A DNA stretch of 63,518 bases, filler included, from Thermoplasmatota archaeon (GTDB taxonomy: Archaea > Thermoplasmatota > E2 > JACPAO01 > JAHFTW01), in assembly GCA_041623215.1 (NCBI GenBank). It is 13 parts of 13 records of this genome, joined end to end, with 100 filler letters (N's around TTAATTAATTAA, not from the genome) between each part and the next. Parts side by side here need not be neighbours in the genome. Positions count along the whole stretch, not along the records: positions 15,190 to 20,080 come from JBFJXH010000136.1; positions 20,181 to 25,024 come from JBFJXH010000137.1; positions 25,125 to 29,942 come from JBFJXH010000138.1; positions 30,043 to 34,796 come from JBFJXH010000139.1; 9 more parts are not named here. The stretch is one strand, 5' to 3'. The notes beneath the pieces were generated by a model. That model was not told where the DNA came from and searched no databases. It saw only the letters and a list, made by a program, of their open reading frames with translations. The position numbers and the translations under genes are program-made. Positions 19,306 to 30,283 of the stretch are shown here, piece by piece (the stretch's first letter is position 1; every line of letters begins with the position of its first letter).

Positions 19306-20079
19306 TTAACGTCCGGTCACGACGACGTTGAAGTCATTGTCAACAGCCGCGCCGTTGCCGTCATTCACGTAGACGTAGAAGGCTCCAGGGGAGCCGCTGA
19401 CGATGTCCACGAAGGCAAACCGCATGGATGACAAACCGGTCGGTTGGCCATCCACCTCCAGGGTTACCACAGGCAGCAATTGGCCGGCGGTGTCGGCTGG
19501 CGCGTCCACCGTAACGAGGTATTTGCCGGTCGCTTCACGCGCCACGGAGGCTAGGCCGAATTCACGGTCGATTGTGCCCGTGTACCACACGCGTCCCCAA
19601 GCGCGCACCGCGTTGTCCGCGTAGTAGCGGCCTTCTTCGTAGGTGCCGGCGCCGAGGGTGTCCCGGACGTTGACAGCTCCGTCTACGTCGAGAGCTTCCT
19701 GCGGGTTGTTGGTGTTGATGCCGACGCCGTTGTTGAAGCGTAGGACCATGCTGTCCGTGATTTGGGTTTGCCAGGTGGTGGCTTGGCTGTCGCCGAAGAT
19801 CATTGAGCCGTCGTGGAGCGCGTGGGCTCGTTGGCCTGCGGCGAGGCTCCATTTGCCGGCGGCGCGGTTGTCTTGGCCGCCTGGTACGGTGCCGTGCCGA
19901 CCGAGAACGTGGTTGTATTCTCCGCCACCGATGGAGCCGCCTTCGGCGCTGACGTTGTTTGCCCAGCCGCCCGATACGGTGCTGATGCGGGCGAGGGCAC
20001 GGTTTTGGGTGCCGCCGGCAACGGTTGCTTCGACGCCGTCGGCGATGTTGCGGGTTCCTCCGGATACGGTTGACGAATA
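19306..20079 (-). CDS. fibre/adhesin-like protein, C-terminal part; 5' truncated
   Basis: Repeats of about 15 aa of type (S/A)TV(S/A)GGxxN, then GVGINTNNPQEALDVDG and a C-terminal RAWGRV...TGKYLVT domain. Confidence 0.7.
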   Translation of the reverse strand, partial: YSSTVSGGTRNIADGVEATVAGGTQNRALARISTVSGGWANNVSAEGGSIGGGEYNHVLGRHGTVPGGQDNRAAGKWSLAAGQRAHALHDGSMIFGDSQATTWQTQITDSMVLRFNNGVGINTNNPQEALDVDGAVNVRDTLGAGTYEEGRYYADNAVRAWGRVWYTGTIDREFGLASVAREATGKYLVTVDAPADTAGQLLPVVTLEVDGQPTGLSSMRFAFVDIVSGSPGAFYVYVNDGNGAAVDNDFNVVVTGR

Positions 20080-20180
20080 GNNNNNNNNNNNNNNNNNNNN
20101 NNNNNNNNNNNNNNNNNNNNNNNNTTAATTAATTAANNNNNNNNNNNNNNNNNNNNNNNNNNNNNNNNNNNNNNNNNNNN

Positions 20181-23100
20181 CCGGCGGCCGTGGCCCTGCG
20201 TGGCTGGAATCTTACCATTGATGCCAGTCTTGGCCGGCTTGACGGTACGGAGCTTACCGCCGACGAACGGCGGGCCGTCCGCTCGCATGCAGACCCGCGC
20301 TCTGTTGATGCCGACAACGATGGCATCCCCGACTTGCTCGAATACTACGGTGTCACCGCGGGCGGCGCCAAGGTGCCTCGCACCAACCCCGGCGACCCGG
20401 ACACGGACGGCGACGGACTGTCCGACTTACAGGAAACCGGGGTTACTGGCCTCGGTACCAGCCCGGTCCGCCGTGACTCGGCTGCTGACTTCCTGTCCGA
20501 TGGCGAGGCGTTCCGCTATTGGACCGATGCTTACGCCCAGGCGCTGGCCGACTTCGATGCCAACCTTCCGCTGGCCCAGCAACGCTACGGCTACCTGGCC
20601 GGCAGCCCAGACAATCTCACAGTTGCCCACCTCCAGGCGCTTCGACCAGGGGGCACGTTGGAGGGCAACAAGTCCAACATCCTCAGCCCGGATGCTGACG
20701 GCGATGGCCTACGAAACGGCCAAGAATTGTTCCCGAACCGCTTCAGCCCGGCGCCCAGTGTCTATGTGCGCCCGGCCACGGACCCAAGCACGCCCGACAC
20801 AGATGGCGACGGCCTGCCCGATGCTTGGGAAGTTCTGTGGAGTCGAGACCAATACTTCGGCTGCCAGGGGGGCTGCCAAGGCCCGGATATCTCGGGCTGG
20901 CCTTTGGACCCAACCAAGCGCAATTCCTTCGATGCCTCGTCGGCTCAGACTGATGCCGACCTGAACCTAGCCGGCGACCTGATTCGCATCGGCAATGACC
21001 AGCGTGAATTCACGAACGGGCATGCTTACCAATACGACCTCCACCCCTTCCGGGCAGACACCAGCGGCGACGGCCTGTCGGACATGTTTGCCATCCACTG
21101 GGGCATCGACGCGGTGCCCCAATGGGTCGGCGCGGCCGTCGATGCGAATCCCGATTCACTGGGCTTTGCCCGCGATGCGGCCAGCCGCCTCAGCAACCAC
21201 CTGCGTGACCGTGGATTCCCGGCCGTTTCGTTGGCGGTCATCGACCCGACTTCTGCCGAACAGACCGTTGACCTCGATACCAACTTGCTCGGTCTCTTTA
21301 CCAGCCGCGAGAAAGGCACCTGGGTTCTCTCGGGCGTTGGATGTGGCAACCCGCTGCCGTCCACGGGCACAAAATCCGAAGCAGCACGGCCCGCGAATCC
21401 TGCTCAACCCAATGGAGTCCAATTGGCTGACCGCAGCGGATTGCAGGCGGCCTGCTGGCAATGGGTTTCGTACCCCGTGCGCTCTGATGCCGCCTCCGGC
21501 AGCAATCCTTGGCGCCACGACTCGGACCTGGATGGTCTGCCGGACGCATGGGAGGCTCATTATGCGCCCGATGGCGCCTCGTCGCCGGCCACCGTCCTTG
21601 GCGCCACCGAACTCACGCCGGGAAGCCTCGCCGGCGGATGCCAGGACGAAAGTCGTGTTCGAGGGTTGGTGGAGCCTGCCGGCGGCTTCTGCATGACCTA
21701 CTTGCACGCGTACGCACGTGGCGTTGACCCCAACAACATCGACAGCGATGGCGGCGGTTTGTCCGACTGGTACGAAATCGCTCTGGGCCAAGAACCGCTT
21801 GACATCAATGACGACTTTGGCCACGAAGACTGGGACGGCGACGGCTTGAACAACAGCGTGGAAGCCGCCCTAGGAACCAGCCCATTGGACCCGGACACAG
21901 ACGGTGACGGGCTAGCGGATGGCGGCAACCCCGCCAACGCCAACGCAGCCCTTTGCCTTCGCACATCCGGCTCGGGCACCGTGCCGGGCACCGAGCACCG
22001 ACCCGCCGCGCCAGGGCAGTCCGGGCAACAAGGCATCACGTACGCCGCGCTCTACCGCTTGTTCGTTGATGCGGGCGTCATCATGGACGACTCCGACCTC
22101 AACCAGTGCAGCGCGGGTCAAGTAATGGCCTTGGCAGAAGGAGGCCTTCGCAATCAGGAGAATCTCATCATCGGCTATGCCTCCAACCCGACGAAGTTTG
22201 ACACTTCAGGGGATGGCGTGCCAGACGGCTGGATGGCCTACTGGAATCTGCATGAACCAGGCTTCCAGCACGAGCCGCTCGACGTGGCCGGTTCACAAAA
22301 CCCCGACGGGGACTTCCTTCTCACGGCCCAAGAGTACCGGCTTGGTCGGCCGGCTGATTGGGTTGAAGCTCGCGATGGCGTCTGGTGGGGTGGCGGCAAC
22401 CCTGGCAACGAAGACACGGACGGCGACGCAGATTGGTATTCGGATGCCTTCGACGGCCGCGACGGAACGGACAACGACTTGGACAACGACGGCCTCCAGA
22501 CGGAGGACACGGACGGTGGCATCGACGTCGCCAACCGCGGCCTCGTTCGCTCGAGTCCAGGCGGGGGCTACAGCATGGACTACGAGCGGTTGTGGGGGGT
22601 GCTGCTGGAGCGCCGTGCCAGTGCCACGTTGGACCGCGACGGTGTTGACGGCGTGCCCGATTTCTTGGACCGTGTGCCCCTTCGCGTCACGGTAGACAGC
22701 GTCAGCAACACGACCATTCAGAAAAATGGCGCCTCTTTTGTCGTTCAAGGCTCCCTTGCGACCCGTGAGCCCTTTGCCGACGACAATGTTCCTGTGGGCA
22801 ATGTCACCGTACGCGCGGTTCTCAGGGACACGACTGGAAAAGGCGCCCTAGTGGGGATTGGCGTCAGCGCTTCAGATGGCTCCTTCTCCATCACGTCGTC
22901 GGTGGCTTCGTCAGTCAATGCCCCCGATACGGGCGCATGGCTGTTTGCGGGGGCCAAGCGCATGGCGCCCGGCGATTCGCGTGCTGTGCCCACGGACGCT
23001 CTCGGCTTGAGCCCCGGCTTGGTTCGCCTCATGATTGAAGTCGAGGCCAATGATTTGGTGGTTCACCCCGTAACGTTCAACGGCGCGCCCAGCACCACGT

Positions 23101-25024
23101 CCAACAAGACGGTGGAAGCCGGAGGATACAAGCTCCCCGACGGTCGAGGCGTAGGTGCACTCCGCCTCCTTCCCGATGGCAGTGGCCCTGACCCCGCCGT
23201 ACGAGCCATCGTGCACGAAGCTGAAGGCGTGTTCAACACAACCTTCGACTCGGCTCGCGACCTTCGACTCAAGGCGACGGCGCTGCTTGACTTGGCACCC
23301 CCCAGCGGGCGCATCCTGCAGGGCGAGGACTTGCCCGTAACGGCCACCTTGACGGACCAACTAGGGGCGCCGCTGGAGGGCCGTTCCATCACGCTCACGG
23401 CGTGGCAGGGCGCAACCAAGCGCGGTGAAGTGACCCTAACCGTCGACAACGCGGGCGAAGTCAACCATGTCTTCGAGTCGGATGGTTGGCTCCCGGGGGC
23501 TGTGACGTTCGAGGCGCAAGCGACGCTGCTGCCCGAAATCGATGCTTTCCTCGAAACACCGAGTGCCGTGGAGCGGTCCTTGAATCTGGCCCAAGACAGT
23601 GCCTGGCACGACCTGCAATGGCAGGGCGTGGACGCCGTTAGTGGCACGCAAAAGGATCTGGGCCAGCAAGATCGCATCCGCCTGACTGCGGTGCTTCGCA
23701 ACCACTTGGGACACGCTCTTCCCGGCGTGGATGTCCGCGTGCGCATTGTCGAAGTGGAAACGCCGGCCAATGTCTTCTTCGAGGGTGATATCACCACGGC
23801 TGCGGCCGGGCGGCTTGCCGTTGATGTGGCCCAACCCAACAGGGCACCCTATGCCACGCTGCGCTTGGTCATTGAGCCCGTGGACTTGCCAAGCGGCGAC
23901 GAGCACGAGGCGCTTGAGTTGTTCTTACGGCCACGATTCGCCACCTCGATTGTGGTTGACGCTAACGATATTCCGGCTGGCACGGATGGTTCCATTAGCG
24001 GCGTCCTATTGCAGGGCGGCGTCCCGGTCAGCGTGGCCGACGGGACCTTCAGGGCGCGTGGGCCCGGAGGCATTGATCAGGTCGTCGTGGGCACCAACGC
24101 CGATGGCCGCTTCACCTTCCCTGCACGGCTAGACGACCCCGGGCGTCCCGTCTGGGAAATTCAGTTCCAAGGGTCCCACTTCTTGCGGCCGAGCAGTGCA
24201 CTCGAAGTGCGCATCAACTTCACCAGTGAGACCCGCCTCGGCGTTGACCCGGTCGTTGGCTTACGCGACGAGCCGGTCCAAGTGCACGGCCGCCTTACAC
24301 TGCCCGATGGCTCGCCTGTGAAGCGCGCTCCGCTTGAGGCGGCGTGGGCCTCGCAACTGGCGGCTAAGGTCACGGGCATCACCAACCTTGACGGTAGCTT
24401 CAATCTCAAGCTGCCGGCGCGCACCAGTGCGGGCACCTTTGACGTAGCCGTACGCTTCGCCGGAAATGCCACCTTACACCCCACGACCCAGACGGTGGAA
24501 GCAACGGTCCTCGTCCCGACAATCATTGAAGCGATGCCGGGTAATCTCGTCATCACGGCAACGGGTGCGGGCCAGGGCACGCTCGTGGAGGGCTTGTTGC
24601 GCGACGACCGAGGGGAGGTTCTGGCCGGCCGCCCCATCCAAGTAGCGCTGACTCAGCCCAACGAGGACAGCCAGGAGCTGGAAGTCATTACCGAAGGAGA
24701 TGGCTCCTTCAGCGTTCCAGCAGCTTCCTTTGACGCGTCCTGGCCAGGAATTTGGGTGGTCAACTTGACGTATGAAGGCAATGACCGCGAGGCGCAGGCC
24801 ACCAAGGCCCTCGATGCCCCCTTGACGCACACAGTGATGGTGCGGATGGAACGCGTTCCGTCGGCGCTCAAGCCCGGGGAAACGGTCACCCTCCGCGGAA
24901 CACTGGAGGCCGCCAGCGACGCTTTGCCAAACGTGGACCTTGTCGCTCGCCTTGGCCACGTCCGGATTGGCCTCGGCTCGGCTGTCCCCGGTGCCGCTTG
25001 GGCCTTACCCGTCAAAGCGGCTGC
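20181..25024 (+). CDS. very large surface protein with Ca-binding TSP3-like DxDGDG repeats and Ig-like domains; truncated at both ends
   Basis: More than 1600 aa open frame; about 15 DxDxDG(L/V)xD-type motifs in the first half; repeated GxLxDxxGxP(L/V)...T..DG.F Ig-like units in the second half. Confidence 0.9.
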
Positions 25025-25124
25025 NNNNNNNNNNNNNNNNNNNNNNNNNNNNNNNNNNNNNNNNNNNNTTAATTAATTAANNNNNNNNNNNNNNNNNNNN
25101 NNNNNNNNNNNNNNNNNNNNNNNN

Positions 25125-25292
25125 GCTTTCCATGGTTTCCACGTGCAGCCCGGTAACAGGGGTGGAGTGGCGCTGTCCAACCGAATCCACCATCGCATAC
25201 GCTGCTGCTGAAACCAGGACCACGAGCGCCACCATGATGACCACCGCCAAGATGGTGTCAGCCGCCCGGTCGTCGCGTGCCCAATCTCGCAC
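25125..25292 (-). CDS. archaeal type IV pilin, N-terminus (3' truncated)
   Basis: Class III signal peptide-like RDDRA|ADTILAVVIMVALVVLVSAAAY. Confidence 0.75.
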
Positions 25293-25376
25293 AGTCAATC
25301 CTCGGCACCGCAGGATTTGACGCTCGCTGCCGGGGGGGTTTGGGACCCTCTCCATTGGCCCCTCCGCCAGCCCGCC

Positions 25377-26024
25377 TTATGCCCGAACGCCCGCCAAGTG
25401 AAGGCTGCCTTCCTGGACCTTCCAGGCCTCAACACCGGGTCCCGCGTTCGCCCGCAAGCGCGTTGCCACTACATCCACGAAGCCGGCCGCCTCAAGTGCC
25501 GCGCACCAAGCCGCCTCAGACCGCCGCACCATGGGTACACCCACATCGGTCGGCCAGGAATGACTGGCAGCATTTTCCTCGTAGAAATCGAGCACAACAT
25601 GGACCGGGGCTCCCGACCGAAGGACACGCGCAAGCTCCGCCAGCACGCGGTCGGGCTCCGGCGCGTAATACAGCGCTTCCATGCTCCAGGCCGCGTCAAA
25701 GGAGCCGTCGTCAAAGGGCAAGTCTGCCGCATCGGCGACAAGAAAACGGCAGCGACCGGCAATCTCCGGCCCCGCCTCGTGGGCCGCCTTGGCCGCCCGT
25801 TGCACCATGCCATCACTCACGTCGACGCCGGTCGCGTGCGCCCCCGCGGCCGCCGCCTGACGACTAGCCCAGCCGTTGCCGCAGCCCACGTCCAAGAGCG
25901 ACTTGCCCGAGCCCAGGGGCAGAGAGGCCACCAGGTGGCCGGCGGTTTGCCCGTGCCCCGCCTCCATGCCTTCGCCTCGGCCGCGCGCCGCCCAATCGTC
26001 GAATAGGTCTGCGACCTTCTCCAT
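25377..26024 (-). CDS. class I SAM-dependent methyltransferase
   Basis: LLDVGCGNG, GVDVS, DAADLPFDDGSFD. Confidence 0.9.
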   Translation of the reverse strand: MEKVADLFDDWAARGRGEGMEAGHGQTAGHLVASLPLGSGKSLLDVGCGNGWASRQAAAAGAHATGVDVSDGMVQRAAKAAHEAGPEIAGRCRFLVADAADLPFDDGSFDAAWSMEALYYAPEPDRVLAELARVLRSGAPVHVVLDFYEENAASHSWPTDVGVPMVRRSEAAWCAALEAAGFVDVVATRLRANAGPGVEAWKVQEGSLHLAGVRA

Positions 26025-26175
26025 GGCGTGGCCATTTGGCAGGACGTTTTGCTGTTATGGATGGACGGGGGCAAGTGTCGCCCCGCGCGGGCCGGCCAAG
26101 GCCTAAATAAGAGACCCTTGTCGGCCGGCTCCATAACAGGGTAGCATCGCTGCCCTTCCATCCCGAGGTCCTCGC

Positions 26176-26703
26176 ATGGCCAAGAACACTCCCGGCGGTA
26201 TCTACCGCAAGATCACGCAACACGCCTACACTCGCCGCGAATACATGGGCGGTGTGCCCGGGCTGCGCATTCTGCAGTTCGAATCCGGCAACAAGACCGG
26301 CGACTTCGACACCGAAGTCCACTTGGTCCCCGAAGAACGCGGCCAAATCTTCCACACGGCGTTGGAAGCCATGCGTATCACCGCCGTTCGTACCCTTGAC
26401 AAGACGGCTGGCCGTGCCGCCTACCACGTGCGCGTTCGCTGCTACCCGCACAACGTCATCCGCCAGAACAAGCAGGCGAGTGGCGCTGGTGCTGACCGTG
26501 TGTCCATGGGCATGCGCCTCGCCTTCGGCAAAGCGGTCGGTACGGCTGCCCGCATCAAGGCCGGGCAACAGATTCTCAGCGTTCGCTGCAACGAAAAGGA
26601 CGTGCCAGCCGTGAAGGAAGCACTCCGCAAGTGCAGCAACAAGATTGCCATGCCGTGCCACTTTGACGTGGAGTCCATCGGCACGGCACCCCAGGCCGCA
26701 TAG
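26176..26703 (+). CDS. rpl10e: 50S ribosomal protein L10e (uL16)
   Basis: AYTRREYMGGVPG, YPHNVIRQNKQASGAGADRVSMGMRLAFGK. Confidence 0.97.
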   Translation: MAKNTPGGIYRKITQHAYTRREYMGGVPGLRILQFESGNKTGDFDTEVHLVPEERGQIFHTALEAMRITAVRTLDKTAGRAAYHVRVRCYPHNVIRQNKQASGAGADRVSMGMRLAFGKAVGTAARIKAGQQILSVRCNEKDVPAVKEALRKCSNKIAMPCHFDVESIGTAPQAA

Positions 26704-26710
26704 GTGCCGG

Positions 26711-26839
26711 ATGGCCATTCGGAGCCGCCGACAATTGGTTGCCGCCCTCGCCCTGTTGGCAAGCGGGGCACTCCTTGTATGGCTGGATGCCGGCGCCGGC
26801 GGACTACCTGACTCGGTTCGCTTGGCCGTCGTGCCATGA
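26711..26839 (+). CDS. putative small single-TM protein, 42 aa
   Basis: MAIRSRRQLVAALALLASGALLVWLD...; starts 7 nt after the rpl10e stop and overlaps the next gene by ATGA. Confidence 0.5.
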   Translation: MAIRSRRQLVAALALLASGALLVWLDAGAGGLPDSVRLAVVP

Positions 26840-27564
26840 GTTTGCTCGCCACGGCAGGCATTCTGATCGGTTTGGCAGGCTTGGCCCTGCTGGCCTACTC
26901 CCTTCGAGCCCTCGACGCATGGGGCGCAAGCACCAGTTTCGTGCTTGGCGTCGTGGTCGCCTTTGCAGGCGGTCCAACTTGGGTGATTGTTCTGGTTGCC
27001 TTTACGGGCGTCGGCTTCGTGGCAACCCGTTACGGCCGCGAGGAGAAGCACCGGCGTCGCGTGGCCGAGGCCAACGACGGTGAGCGGGGCGCCCGCAACG
27101 TCTTGGCCAACGGAGCGGCACCGGCCTTGGCGGCGGTGGCGGCCCTGTTTCTAGATTCCACGGCCAGCGCCCTCGCTTTTACGACCGCCGTTGCTGCCCA
27201 CACCGCAGACACCTTGGCCAGCGAAGTGGGCAGTCTGGCGCCCCGCGTCCGCCGCATCCTGCCGCCCTTTGCGCAAGGACAACCCGGTGACAACGGTTGC
27301 ATCAGCACCCGTGGACAAATCGCCGCCGCACTGGGGGCCGCCGGTATCGCGGCCGCTGCAGCCCTCTTGGGCATTGTGCCGCTCGGCCTTGCGTGGGTTG
27401 CCGCCGTGGCCGGCTGGATTGGCTGTCAATTGGACTCGATTTTGGGAGCCACGCTGGAGCGCGACCCCTTGACCTTGGAGCGCCCGCTCTCCAAGGGCGA
27501 CGTGAACTTCCTTAGTGCCGCCGTGCCCGCCTTCGTAGTCTTGGTGGCCGCGAGCCTCACCTAG
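26836..27564 (+). CDS. DUF92 (TMEM19-like) membrane protein
   Basis: GERGARNVLANG, ADTLASEVG, GxNGCIS, LDSILGATLE, VNF. Confidence 0.92.
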   Translation: MSLLATAGILIGLAGLALLAYSLRALDAWGASTSFVLGVVVAFAGGPTWVIVLVAFTGVGFVATRYGREEKHRRRVAEANDGERGARNVLANGAAPALAAVAALFLDSTASALAFTTAVAAHTADTLASEVGSLAPRVRRILPPFAQGQPGDNGCISTRGQIAAALGAAGIAAAAALLGIVPLGLAWVAAVAGWIGCQLDSILGATLERDPLTLERPLSKGDVNFLSAAVPAFVVLVAASLT

Positions 27565-27614
27565 CCGCCGGCGACCCCCGGGCCTTTTTGACGGGCCGCC
27601 TCGTGGCCCATTCC

Positions 27615-28106
27615 ATGAGCCTCGATGAAGCGGCCAAGAAGCACGCGTTGCGCCTCGTCCCGTACGGACTCTACCTCGCCGGTAGTCGCCGCGCAGACGG
27701 GACCCTCCAAGTCAGCTTGGCCAGTTGGTTCACTCAGACCAGCTTCAAGCCACCCCTCGTGGTCGTGGGCCTCCACCGGGAAGGAGCCGCCTACCAAGCC
27801 GTGCAGGAAACCGGCGTTCTGAGCCTCAACCTAGTTGGCGCCGACCAAGGAGAACTCATGAAGGGCTTCTTCAAGCACGTCGATTGCGAAGATGGCAAGG
27901 CAGGCGAGCTGACGCACACCATAGGTGACGCCACCGGCTGCCCGATTCTGCCCGACTTACCTGCATCCCTAGAGCTCGAGAAAAGGGGGGAACTGGAAGG
28001 TGGCGACCATGCCGCCGTCCTGTTCGAAGTGGTTGGCGCTACCGTGCACGACGATGACGGGAAGGCGCTCAGCCACGAGGCGGCCGGCTTGCATTACGCT
28101 GGTTAA
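27615..28106 (+). CDS. flavin reductase family protein
   Basis: LRLVPYGLY, ASWFTQTSFKPPLV, GCPIL, GDH. Confidence 0.92.
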   Translation: MSLDEAAKKHALRLVPYGLYLAGSRRADGTLQVSLASWFTQTSFKPPLVVVGLHREGAAYQAVQETGVLSLNLVGADQGELMKGFFKHVDCEDGKAGELTHTIGDATGCPILPDLPASLELEKRGELEGGDHAAVLFEVVGATVHDDDGKALSHEAAGLHYAG

Positions 28107-28159
28107 GCGCGGCCCCACTAGGCCCAATCCTGAAGTAGGCCACCAAAGTCGGCCGCACC

Positions 28160-29440
28160 GTGGCCGTCAATGTCGTCGTCGGCACCCAATGGGGTGACGA
28201 AGGCAAGGGCAAGATTGTCGATTACCTAGCCGAGCGCAGCGACTACGTCGTCCGCTTCCAGGGAGGCAACAATGCCGGCCACACCATTGTCGTTAACGAC
28301 GAGGTGTTCAAGCTGCACCTGCTTCCCTCCGGCTGTGTCTCCGGCAAAGCGGGCGTCATTGGCAACGGTTGCGTGGTGGACCCGGGCGTTTTGGTCCAAG
28401 AAGTGGAATCGTTGCAGGAGCGGGGCGTTGAATTCGACCTCTACATCAGCGACCGAGCCCACATCATCATGCCCTACCACAAGCTCCTGGACGGCGCCGA
28501 AGAGGCGCTCAAAGGCGAAGGGAAGGTGGGCACCACGGGCCGTGGCATCGGGCCATGCTACGCAGACAAAGCCGCCCGCAATGGCATCCGCGTGGGCGAC
28601 TTGTTGCGGGCCGATTTGCTGACCCAGAAAGTGCATGATAACGTCCGGGTTAAGCAGGCGCTTCTCAAGGCCTACAAGAGCAAGGAACACCTGGACGAGG
28701 ATCAAATCCTAGCTGAAGCGTTGGCTCACGCCGAGGCCCTTCGACCCTTCATTACGGATACCACCCGGCTCCTTCACGATGCGCTGCACAACGGGCAGAC
28801 CCTTCTTCTCGAAGGCGCCCAAGGCGTGCTCTTGGACATTGACCATGGCACCTATCCGTTTGTCACCAGCAGCAATGTGAGCGGCGGCGGATTTTGCACA
28901 GGCAGTGGCCTTTCACCACGAGACATCGGCGATGTCATTGGCGTCGTCAAAGCCTACACGACGCGCGTTGGCTCCGGACCCTTCGTTACTGAACTGGACA
29001 CAGAAGACCCCGCCAGCATCGGCCATCATCTTGCCACGGTCGGCCACGAAATTGGCACGACAACCGGCCGCGCCCGGCGCTGTGGCTGGCTGGACTTGGT
29101 GGTGGTGAACCACGCGGTGCGCCTCTGTGGCGTCAACAAGCTGGCCGTCACCAAGCTGGATGTGCTCAATGGCCTTGCCGAGGTCAAGGTCTGCACGGGC
29201 TACAAGACGCCGGATGGCGACGTGCTGGATTACTTCCCCGCTGACCTCGACGCCCTTGAGGACCTAAAGCCCGTGTACGAGACGTTCCCGGGATGGGATG
29301 ATTTGGGCGATGGAACGTGGGAAGGATTGCCTGCGACCGCCCGCAGCTTCTTGCAATTTCTGCGCGAACGGACCAGTGCCAGCATCAAGTTGGTTGGCAC
29401 CGGGCCCGGCCGCCACGAGACGATTGTGCGCGCTGCCTAG
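28160..29440 (+). CDS. purA: adenylosuccinate synthetase
   Basis: GTQWGDEGKGK, QGGNNAGHT, GTTGRGIGP, EGAQG, GTTTGRARRCGWLD. Confidence 0.98.
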   Translation: MAVNVVVGTQWGDEGKGKIVDYLAERSDYVVRFQGGNNAGHTIVVNDEVFKLHLLPSGCVSGKAGVIGNGCVVDPGVLVQEVESLQERGVEFDLYISDRAHIIMPYHKLLDGAEEALKGEGKVGTTGRGIGPCYADKAARNGIRVGDLLRADLLTQKVHDNVRVKQALLKAYKSKEHLDEDQILAEALAHAEALRPFITDTTRLLHDALHNGQTLLLEGAQGVLLDIDHGTYPFVTSSNVSGGGFCTGSGLSPRDIGDVIGVVKAYTTRVGSGPFVTELDTEDPASIGHHLATVGHEIGTTTGRARRCGWLDLVVVNHAVRLCGVNKLAVTKLDVLNGLAEVKVCTGYKTPDGDVLDYFPADLDALEDLKPVYETFPGWDDLGDGTWEGLPATARSFLQFLRERTSASIKLVGTGPGRHETIVRAA

Positions 29441-29522
29441 GCCGAAGCCACCGACGAGCGGCCCGCCCGAGGACATCCGCGTCCCGCGACTCGTTGCGTT
29501 CAATGGCGAGGTTGTCGCCGAC

Positions 29523-29942
29523 CTACTGGTGGAAGGACCCAGCTAGCACCTGGTCGTCAAAGGCACCGCCGCCGGTGCCCGTGGTGGCATACCGGTACAG
29601 GGCAGTCTTGTAAACGCCCGAGACCACGGGGCCCAGGGCGGCCACAAACAGGCCGGCCAGAATGGTTACCGTGAGACCGAGGGCAAAGAGGATGGGGTTC
29701 ACAGACAGCACCATGAATGTGATGAAGGCCATGAGTGCCACGCCCAGCCCGAGCACCATCGTGAACAACCCAACGCCTGCTTCACCGACCACGGTTTCGC
29801 CCCAGGTTTTCTTGAACAAACCGCCGCTTTTCTTGAGGCTGGAACCAATCGATTCGTCCTCGAACAGTAGCACCGGGATCATGAAGAACGTGGCCAGGTT
29901 CCAGGCAATGCCTGCCAAGCCAGCCATCATCTGACCAACAAA
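29523..29942 (-). CDS. DUF6159-like membrane protein, 5' truncated
   Basis: WNLATFFMIPVLLFE...KKTWGETVVG...ALYRYA. Confidence 0.75.
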   Translation of the reverse strand, partial: FVGQMMAGLAGIAWNLATFFMIPVLLFEDESIGSSLKKSGGLFKKTWGETVVGEAGVGLFTMVLGLGVALMAFITFMVLSVNPILFALGLTVTILAGLFVAALGPVVSGVYKTALYRYATTGTGGGAFDDQVLAGSFHQ

Positions 29943-30042
29943 NNNNNNNNNNNNNNNNNNNNNNNNNNNNNNNNNNNNNNNNNNNNTTAATTAATTAANN
30001 NNNNNNNNNNNNNNNNNNNNNNNNNNNNNNNNNNNNNNNNNN

Positions 30043-30115
30043 GCCATGTCAGCACCACGGCGGCCCCAAAATGAATGAGGCTCCAGGCGTCGAAGGGGGC
30101 GTCGTTGCGAGCCAC
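30043..30115 (-). CDS. possible start of a membrane protein (fragment)
   Basis: (M)ARNDAPFDAWSLIHFGAAVVLTW running into the spacer; start uncertain. Confidence 0.35.
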
Positions 30116-30283
30116 GGGCCAAGGCAGGTTTGTCAGCTTGTTGGCGCTTCCGATTGCATTTACCGCGTGGCCGGCGCATCTGTCAGGCCTCAGAGGGACT
30201 TCCGCCGCCATGCTCCGAAATGGGAGGTCCAGGCCCGCCTGGTACTGGAGGTAGGCGGGCCAGGGTAAGTAGCGGGACAGAGG

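Noticed and set aside
19306..20079. Provirus
   Set aside because: No integrase, capsid, terminase or att site on the contig; upstream context is missing.
25864..27051. Long antisense and alternate-frame ORFs (this 395-aa ORF, 3649-4386, 38764-39543, 57321-58133 and others)
   Set aside because: Shadow ORFs of well-supported genes in GC-rich DNA, with no motifs.
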